Part shown: positions 1-4,915 of the stretch, one piece after another
Position numbering within the stretch: position 1 is the first letter of the stretch
How the letters are laid out: every line of letters begins with the position of its first letter
DNA from: Nitrososphaerota archaeon
Lineage (GTDB): Archaea; Thermoproteota; Nitrososphaeria; Nitrososphaerales; UBA57
Length of the DNA: 5,028 nt
Direction of reading: 5' to 3'
Assembly (NCBI GenBank): GCA_013378385.1
Contig: JACAFS010000061.1
Location: forward strand, 1 to 5,028
The notes under the pieces: generated by a model
Databases searched by the model: none
Seen by the model: the letters and a program-made list of their open reading frames with translations, nothing else
Told to the model about the DNA's origin: nothing
Made by a program: the position numbers and the translations under genes

Positions 1-134
1 ATACAGATACAAAAGAGGATTAGCTTGGAATAGGCAAACGCCTCTCAAAAAGATAACAAAAAGATAAATTATTACATATACGTCTAGAATGTTAAATTAA
101 TATTGAATGAATGTTCATAATTTTTTGCTTATTC

Positions 135-141
135 TTTATAT
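135..141 (+). promoter_or_regulatory. Putative archaeal TATA box for glnA, placed for a leaderless or near-leaderless transcript
   Basis: TTTATAT at 135-141 is centred about 27 nt upstream of the ATG at 165. There is no Shine-Dalgarno-like purine run between the box and the ATG. AT-rich hexamers are common by chance in this DNA, so confidence is low. Confidence 0.35.
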
Positions 142-164
142 GTAGCTAGTTTTTTACATATATT

Positions 165-1673
165 ATGCCATACATAAGAACAGAAGAAGGACTATCAAGA
201 AAATCCTTGAATGTCCAAGATGTAATGAACAAAATTCAAAGTGAAGACATTAGGTTTATAGATCTACAATTCACTGACGTACCTGGAAAATTACAACATG
301 TAACTGTACCGGCACATACAATTGATGCAGATGCGTGGACAAACGGTATACCAAAATTAGATGGTTCATCAATTAGAGGTTTTACTGGTATCAGTGAATC
401 AGACATGTTATTGAAACCTGATCCAAATACATTTGTAGTAATCCCTTGGTCTGATCCAAGTAAAAAATATGCTAGAGTTTTATGTTCAATAAATTGGGGC
501 ATGGGTCATCCTGTACACAAGGGAGGTCCATTAGCTAAAGACCCAAGAGGAATTGCACAGAAAGCTGAAGAATTCCTTAAAGAAAGTGGATATGACACCT
601 CATTCTGGGGTCCTGAATTAGAGTTCTTCGTTTTTGATGGTGTAACATGGGATGTAAATACACCTGCAAAAGGACAAAGTTATTCTATACGTAGTAAAGA
701 AGCTGCTTGGAAGCCAGGTGGACCAGCTACTGAACAAGGTTGCGGAAAAGGTGGAATAAACGTTCCGATTAGACATAAAGAGGGATATTTCCCAACAACT
801 CCTCAGGATACGTTGATGGACTTTAGAAATGATGCTGTAGCTCATATGGAAGATTCTTTCGGAATCATTGTTGACGCTCATCACCATGAAGTAGCAACTG
901 CAGGACAATGTGAGATCAACATGATGTATGATACATTGGTAAACCAAGCAGACAGCGCTCAATCATTCAAATATGTTGTCAAGAATGTCGCACATCAGAA
1001 AGGCATGGTTGCAACTTTCATGCCAAAGCCATTAGTTGGTGATAACGGCTCAGGGATGCACTGTCACCAGAGTATTTGGAAGGATGGAAAGAACAGATTC
1101 TATGATGAGAATGATGAACATTCAGAATTAAGCCAGGAAGCAAGGTACTATATTGGAGGCATTATGGCTCATACAAGAGCATTAGCCTGTATTGTAGCGC
1201 CTACAACAAATTCATACAAGCGACTTGTACCTGGATTTGAAGCGCCTATCTACATAGCATGGAGTAGAAGCAATAGATCTGCAAATGTTAGAGTTCCAGT
1301 AAACATCAAGGGCAATGAAAATGCAAAGAGAATAGAATTCAGATGTCCTGATACAACTGCAAATCCATACCTTGCATTCCCTGCAATGTTATGTGCAGGA
1401 CTTGATGGAATCAAGAACAAGATAGATTGTGGAAATCCAGTTGATGAAAACATCTATACGCTTTCCGAGGATCGTAAACGTGAATTGAATATCAAATCTT
1501 TGCCTAGAGACTTGGCAGAAGCTGCTGATGCATTAGAAAGCGATCATGACTTCTTGAAACCAGTTTTCGATGGAGATCTATTGGAAACTATATTAGAATT
1601 CGCAAGAGATGCACACTTCGATGTTGCATCAAGAACTCATCCACATGAGTTCCAATTGTATTTCGATGTATAG
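165..1673 (+). CDS. glnA: Glutamine synthetase, type I (GlnA)
   Basis: The 502-aa ORF has the GS beta-grasp N-terminus (IRFIDLQFTDVPGKLQHVTVP). It also has catalytic-domain motifs: GPELEFFVFD, HHHEVATAGQCEI, KPLVGDNGSGMHCHQS, NSYKRLVPGFEAP, SNRSANVRVP, and the C-terminal HPHEFQLYFDV. The first ATG (165) fits the TATA spacing. An internal ATG at 225 (MNKIQSED...) is an alternative start that would remove 20 aa. Confidence 0.95.
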   Translation: MPYIRTEEGLSRKSLNVQDVMNKIQSEDIRFIDLQFTDVPGKLQHVTVPAHTIDADAWTNGIPKLDGSSIRGFTGISESDMLLKPDPNTFVVIPWSDPSKKYARVLCSINWGMGHPVHKGGPLAKDPRGIAQKAEEFLKESGYDTSFWGPELEFFVFDGVTWDVNTPAKGQSYSIRSKEAAWKPGGPATEQGCGKGGINVPIRHKEGYFPTTPQDTLMDFRNDAVAHMEDSFGIIVDAHHHEVATAGQCEINMMYDTLVNQADSAQSFKYVVKNVAHQKGMVATFMPKPLVGDNGSGMHCHQSIWKDGKNRFYDENDEHSELSQEARYYIGGIMAHTRALACIVAPTTNSYKRLVPGFEAPIYIAWSRSNRSANVRVPVNIKGNENAKRIEFRCPDTTANPYLAFPAMLCAGLDGIKNKIDCGNPVDENIYTLSEDRKRELNIKSLPRDLAEAADALESDHDFLKPVFDGDLLETILEFARDAHFDVASRTHPHEFQLYFDV

Positions 1674-1693
1674 TTAGCGAAATAACTACAACG

Positions 1694-1724
1694 TGGAGGA
1701 CATTGTCCTCCAAAAAATTTTTTT
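1694..1724. terminator. Bidirectional hairpin plus A/T-tract terminator between convergent glnA and thiT-like genes
   Basis: Perfect 8-bp inverted repeat TGGAGGAC (1694-1701) / GTCCTCCA (1705-1712) with a 3-nt loop. It is followed by A5 (1713-1717) and T7 (1718-1724). This gives an oligo-T tract on each strand, and it sits in the 49-nt gap between two convergent stop codons. Confidence 0.5.
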
Positions 1725-2241
1725 ATTTTATTTCAAGAATGTTACGCTTGAGTATTATGTACAACAGTATTGTACTTGAAACAAATTCAATTCCCAAGTA
1801 GCTTCCGTTATAGATTGCTGAATAAACTGCAACAGGAGTTCCTTCAGGTGCGTATTCTCCAAACCAGACAACTCCCGAGATGAAATGAGCTAAGAACCTG
1901 CCAAAGATTCCTACAAATGTAGCGAGTATGACATTGCTTGAGAAGATTCCTGCCAAGCCCAGTGCACCGAACGCCAATGGATAGTCCAACAGAAATTGAA
2001 TCGGACTGACTATGAAGGGTGGACGGAATGCAAGTGTTACGATTGAAAAAAGTATGCCTGCTGCTATTCCGTAAGTGTATCCTCTACGAATTGCAAAGAG
2101 CAATAGTGGGACCATAGCGCCCAATGTGACGGAACCGCCTTGTGGCAATGATGGAAGAAGAGTAGATATTAGATCAAGAACTACGGCGATTGAGACCATT
2201 ATTGCGCCTTCGGCAAGTATTGGTCTGGAAATTAGGGACAT
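1723..2241 (-). CDS. thiT: Thiamine transporter S-component, ThiT/YuaJ-like (Thia_YuaJ family) integral membrane protein
   Basis: The 172-aa ORF is very hydrophobic, with about 6 predicted TM segments. Motifs I associate with the YuaJ/ThiT family: LPQGGSVTLGAMVPLLLFAIRRG, LLDYPLAFGALGLAG, FLAHFISGVVWFGEYAP and YSAIYNGSY. The assignment is from memory of the family consensus and is not a computed hit. Confidence 0.7.
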   Translation of the reverse strand: MSLISRPILAEGAIMVSIAVVLDLISTLLPSLPQGGSVTLGAMVPLLLFAIRRGYTYGIAAGILFSIVTLAFRPPFIVSPIQFLLDYPLAFGALGLAGIFSSNVILATFVGIFGRFLAHFISGVVWFGEYAPEGTPVAVYSAIYNGSYLGIEFVSSTILLYIILKRNILEIK

Positions 2242-2273
2242 GATAAGATTATGAGAATTGAGTCAATTAAGAT

Positions 2274-2729
2274 TTATCGTGAGCCGATAAATCTAGTAAT
2301 AGCTGATATGAGTCCTAGGATTGGCGCCAAGAATCCGCCACCGATCAAAAGTATCAGGATAGAACCGATCACAATGTGTTGGCCGCGTTTGTATGGAATT
2401 GATTTCAATGGAGGTGGTGCTGAGTTTGGAACATCTGGAACGTTGTTCTCTGCTTCTCTATACGTCTGTACTACAATCATTCCCAAAACAAGACTAAAGA
2501 TTATCGTAAGTATTCCGACTACTTGGAAAGGCAAGAATGTAAGTATCGTCATAGCTGGAAAACAGTTTCCTTCGTTGCATTCTCCATCTCCATTAGGAGG
2601 TGTTCCCCAAGCATTAATCAATATGTCAGGAGGGTTACCATCTTGTAGCACTTCGCCTACTCCGTGCATTCCAGAAAGTAGAACAGCTAAAATTCCGAAG
2701 ATTAAAGAAATTGCATAGAGTGGTTTCAT
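2274..2729 (-). CDS. Hypothetical membrane protein (about 3 TM segments, extracytoplasmic loop with CX4C)
   Basis: The 151-aa ORF has an N-terminal hydrophobic segment (LYAISLIFGILAVLLSG). Further hydrophobic stretches lie at about aa 58-87 and 118-146. A CNEGNC pair is encoded at 2562-2579, and there is a proline-rich linker (VPDVPNSAPPPL). It is on the same strand as both neighbours, and TTATAA (2753-2758) lies about 26 nt upstream of the ATG. I recognise no family. Preferred over the fully overlapping plus-strand ORF 2251-2718. Confidence 0.6.
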   Translation of the reverse strand: MKPLYAISLIFGILAVLLSGMHGVGEVLQDGNPPDILINAWGTPPNGDGECNEGNCFPAMTILTFLPFQVVGILTIIFSLVLGMIVVQTYREAENNVPDVPNSAPPPLKSIPYKRGQHIVIGSILILLIGGGFLAPILGLISAITRFIGSR

Positions 2730-2758
2730 TGATTACTAGAAGTAGATTCCGGTTATAA

Positions 2759-3856
2759 CTATTTCGCATTGATAAGTGTGACTACGTCTTCGTCTTCTAC
2801 GATGTGCTTCTTGCCGACTTTTTGCCCTTTGAATTTAGCGCTTGTGCCCCATATGTACGCATAGCGAAAGTTCTTTTGGACGTCACGGTGGATCTTTGCA
2901 CAGATCTCTATGATAGATGAGTCTCGAGGAACAATAAGAGGTTCTTCATAGTCCGCTACCCCTCCCTTTGGCCTCAGGTAGATTCTTATCAAATCCAGTT
3001 GCTGGTATATTGCATCCTTAAGATCTTCTAGATTTCTGTCTTTGTCAGCAGATATAGGTATAAAGTCGGTTCCGATTTTGGATTTTATCGCATCCATTGC
3101 TTTCTTGTCCACCAAATCGACCTTGTTGAGTATGGTTACTGAGTTTATGTAGACACGATTTCCTGAGATAACGTCTATGAATTGCTCCGTGGTTATCGGT
3201 TCGGGAATGAACACTCTCGCATGGTGAATCTTGTTGATGCGCAGAATTCCACCGATCAATGTGTTGGAGATTGATTCAGGGACGAGGTTTGTTATCTGGA
3301 TTCCTCCAGAGCCTTTTTTATCGACTGTGATGTTCGGAGGTTTCTGATCAAGGCGAATTCCTATTTGTGCAAGTTCATTTCTTAGCAGTTCTGTTTGGTC
3401 AGGCTTGAAGACATCGACAACCATGATGACGAGGTTTGAAGTTCTTGCAACGGAAAGAACTTTTTTTCCGAATCCCTTTCCTGATGCAGCGCCTTTTATG
3501 ATACCTGGCAAGTCGAGTATCTGAACTTTTGCTCCGTTGTAAGTCATCGTACCTGGAACAACGTCCAGTGTCGTGAAATCGTATGAGCCGATCTTGGAAT
3601 CTGCACCGGTCAGATTGTTCAGCAGCGTTGATTTACCTACACTTGGAAGACCGATGATAGACACAGTTGCGTCACCGCTACGTCTTACCGAATAGCCGCC
3701 GGTAGATTTACTGGCACGTCCTGATTTCTCTTCCTGCTCCTGCTTTAGTCTTGAAATTTTCGCACGGAGAAGACCGACATGGTGATTAGTAGCCTTGTTG
3801 ATCTGCGTTCGGCGAATCTCATCCTCGATCTCTTTTATTCTTTCAGGAACTCCCAT
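2759..3856 (-). CDS. DRG-family (developmentally regulated GTP-binding protein, Obg-like) GTPase with C-terminal TGS domain
   Basis: The 365-aa ORF has the DRG-type N-terminus IKEIEDEIRRTQINKATNHHVGLLRAKISRLK. GTPase motifs are G1 GLPSVGKSTLLN, G3 DLPG and G4 NKVD. The C-terminal TGS-like region is RIYLRPKG...YAYIWGTSAKFKGQKVGKKHIVEDEDVV. This family is archaeal/eukaryotic. Confidence 0.9.
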   Translation of the reverse strand: MGVPERIKEIEDEIRRTQINKATNHHVGLLRAKISRLKQEQEEKSGRASKSTGGYSVRRSGDATVSIIGLPSVGKSTLLNNLTGADSKIGSYDFTTLDVVPGTMTYNGAKVQILDLPGIIKGAASGKGFGKKVLSVARTSNLVIMVVDVFKPDQTELLRNELAQIGIRLDQKPPNITVDKKGSGGIQITNLVPESISNTLIGGILRINKIHHARVFIPEPITTEQFIDVISGNRVYINSVTILNKVDLVDKKAMDAIKSKIGTDFIPISADKDRNLEDLKDAIYQQLDLIRIYLRPKGGVADYEEPLIVPRDSSIIEICAKIHRDVQKNFRYAYIWGTSAKFKGQKVGKKHIVEDEDVVTLINAK

Positions 3857-3927
3857 GTTGACTTTACTAATGATAAAATCAGATAAAAACGTGAAGATTC
3901 ATATTTCAGGAATTTCAAGATACAGTT
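3857..3927. promoter_or_regulatory. Divergent promoter region for the DRG GTPase (-) and thioredoxin (+)
   Basis: The intergenic region is 71 nt. TTTTTAT on the minus strand (3889 to 3883) is centred about 30 nt from the DRG ATG (3856). ATATTT (3901-3906) is centred about 25 nt from the trx ATG (3928). Neither gene has a Shine-Dalgarno. Confidence 0.35.
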
Positions 3928-4251
3928 ATGTCAAAGATTATACATTCAAGCGAAAGCTCATTCGGAAATGATGTGCTACAGTCAAAGTTACCGGTTATGG
4001 TTGATTTTTGGGCAGAATGGTGCGGTCCATGTCGTGCAATTGCCCCGGTTTTAGAGGAATTATCAGAGGACTATGATGGCAAGGCCCACATAGTCAAGAT
4101 CAATGTAGACGAGAACGGAAAGCTTGCTTCAGACTATCAGATACACGGAATTCCCTGCCTTGTGATATTCAAGGACGGAAAGGAAGTGGAACGAGTGACC
4201 GGCGCTGGAAGCAAGGAAGTCTACGCTAAGAAATTAGAACCGTTCGTTTAA
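3928..4251 (+). CDS. trxA: Thioredoxin
   Basis: The 107-aa ORF has the canonical active site [10 protein letters not shown], the cis-Pro region [12 protein letters not shown], and typical thioredoxin length and layout. Confidence 0.93.
   Translation: MSKIIHSSESSFGNDVLQSKLPVMVDFWAEWCGPCRAIAPVLEELSEDYDGKAHIVKINVDENGKLASDYQIHGIPCLVIFKDGKEVERVTGAGSKEVYAKKLEPFV
4175..4251 (+). repeat. Left copy of an imperfect direct repeat; this copy is the functional 3' tail of trxA ([25 protein letters not shown])
   Basis: Hand alignment to 4748-4820. The core 4213-4251 vs 4782-4820 matches 34/39. The weaker extension covers ACGGA, AAGGAA, CGA and AC-GGC blocks. It needs two 1-nt insertions and one 6-nt deletion in the right copy. 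Overall about 56 of 71 aligned columns match. Confidence 0.75.
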
Positions 4252-4264
4252 TTAGAATTAAATA

Positions 4265-4765
4265 ATGATATACAAATTATATTTTGATGGTTCTTGTAAA
4301 TACAAGAACGATGGTTCTTGCGACATGGGCATGGGAGCGGTTGTTTTAGATTCCAGGAATAATATTGTATATGAACAAGGATGGAACACACCTGCATATG
4401 ATCATAAAGACGACAATGGTATTTTGTCGAATAATGTTGCCGAGTATCAAGCTTTATTTCGCGGATTAGATGCACTTTCTGTAAAACGTCCTGATGGGAT
4501 ATCCGAATTAAGAATTTATGGCGATTCCAAATTAGTTATTGAACAAGTGCAAGGTAATTGGAAAGTTAAAGCAGCCCACTTGAAGAAATATAGAGATTCA
4601 TGTGTAGCGCAAATAAAATTATACGAGAAAGAAGGATGCAAGGTATCCTTGGAATGGATTCCTAGAGAACAAAATAAACCGGCGGATAGACTTGCGCAAA
4701 ATGCAGCAGATGGAATGGAAAGACATTCAAATCAACTACATGGTGAAACGGATAAGGAAATTTAG
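4265..4765 (+). CDS. rnhA: Ribonuclease HI, archaeal type 2 / RVT_3-like RNase H domain protein
   Basis: The 166-aa ORF has DEDD-type motifs in order: YFDGSC (Asp), NNVAEYQAL (Glu), IYGDSKLVIEQVQGNWK (Asp) and NKPADRLAQNA (Asp). It has no basic protrusion and resembles the small Sulfolobus/Halobacterium-type RNase HI. ATG 4265 is the first in frame, with an in-frame TAA at 4259-4261. It starts only 13 nt after the trx stop. Confidence 0.85.
   Translation: MIYKLYFDGSCKYKNDGSCDMGMGAVVLDSRNNIVYEQGWNTPAYDHKDDNGILSNNVAEYQALFRGLDALSVKRPDGISELRIYGDSKLVIEQVQGNWKVKAAHLKKYRDSCVAQIKLYEKEGCKVSLEWIPREQNKPADRLAQNAADGMERHSNQLHGETDKEI
4286..4320 (+). repeat. Perfect 11-nt direct repeat GATGGTTCTTG, two copies with a 24-nt period, inside the rnhA 5' end
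   Basis: GATGGTTCTTG occurs at 4286-4296 and 4310-4320. Both copies are in frame and each encodes DGSC (FDGSCKYKNDGSCDMG). Confidence 0.8.
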
Positions 4766-4820
4766 CCGATATACTGGCAAAAAGGAAGTCTACGCTGAGA
4801 AACTAGAGCAGTTCGTTTGA
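4748..4820 (+). pseudogene. Displaced thioredoxin 3'-end relic; right copy of the direct repeat. It encodes ...TGKKEVYAEKLEQFV* in a frame with no thioredoxin body upstream
   Basis: AAGGAAGTCTACGCTGAGAAACTAGAGCAGTTCGTTTGA (4782-4820) compares with AAGGAAGTCTACGCTAAGAAATTAGAACCGTTCGTTTAA (4213-4251). Both end in a stop codon at the same aligned position. Differences include synonymous changes (TTA/CTA, GAA/GAG) and replacements (K/E, P/Q). The left part (4748-4772) overlaps the RNase H 3' end and is less certain. Confidence 0.75.
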
Positions 4821-4915
4821 GATTATTAGTGTGGGCATAATGCTTTTCTAAATTAAACATTTGAAGTCTTCGCCTCCTTTAAATTTTTAATGTTTGTTGT
4901 TTTAGTGAAAATGTA

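Noticed and set aside
1-67. Possible 3' end of an upstream plus-strand gene (frame 2 is open from the edge to TAA at 65-67), and a 5-bp stem AGAGG (14-18) / CCTCT (41-45)
   Set aside because: The frame is only 21 codons with no motif, so it cannot be supported from this window. The stem is short with a 22-nt loop and no adjacent T-tract.
236-1453. Minus-strand ORFs 236-502, 618-962 and 1250-1453 inside glnA
   Set aside because: They are fully embedded antisense to a confidently identified, motif-rich glutamine synthetase gene. Their translations are low-complexity with no recognisable features.
2251-2718. 155-aa plus-strand ORF almost fully overlapping the 2274-2729 minus-strand ORF
   Set aside because: Its translation is rich in I/P/S/K and has no hydrophobic-segment organisation or recognisable motifs, as expected for the antisense shadow of a membrane protein. 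It would also break the run of co-oriented minus-strand genes, and it has no promoter-like box at the usual distance. The minus-strand ORF has coherent TM architecture.
3857-3927. Possible C/D-box sRNA in the DRG-trx intergenic region (TGATAA and CTGA-like strings)
   Set aside because: There is no proper C box (RUGAUGA) paired with a D box (CUGA) at appropriate spacing on either strand. The region is better explained as two back-to-back promoters.
4248-4475. 75-aa minus-strand ORF overlapping the rnhA 5' half
   Set aside because: It is antisense to the RNase H ORF, whose catalytic motifs identify the plus strand as coding. Its translation (Cys/His/Tyr-rich, no motif) looks like a shadow frame.
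3961-4740. Lower GC of rnhA (about 36% by hand count over 4261-4740) than trx (about 46% over 3961-4200), considered as evidence of foreign origin
   Set aside because: Hand counts of glnA segments give about 32-40% GC, so rnhA is within the native range of this window. Composition does not discriminate and should not be used as support for horizontal transfer.
4701-4820. Alternative-frame plus-strand ORF (39 aa from ATG 4701; frame open from 4617) that joins the rnhA 3' region to the trx-tail relic, suggesting a frameshift fusion
   Set aside because: There is no slippery heptamer or stimulatory structure at the overlap. The upstream part has no thioredoxin similarity. The open frame is short enough to be chance, and the relic is better explained as non-coding debris.
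4762-4860. 32-aa minus-strand ORF (MFNLEKHYAHTNNLKRTALVSQRRLPFCQYIG*) preceded by a GGAGG (4877-4873) 12 nt upstream of its ATG
   Set aside because: This is the only Shine-Dalgarno-like element in the window, and no other gene here uses one. The spacing is longer than optimal. The ORF is merely the antisense of the decaying trx relic plus the rnhA stop region. It could only be rescued by conservation or ribosome-profiling evidence.
4855-4895. 7-bp inverted repeat AAACATT (4855-4861) / AATGTTT (4889-4895) and the GCATAATGC palindrome (4835-4843) downstream of the relic
   Set aside because: The stem is AT-only with a 27-nt loop, and the 4-bp palindrome has a 1-nt centre. Both are expected by chance in AT-rich intergenic DNA. 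The T-tracts (4884-4888, 4900-4903) alone suffice as termination signals.
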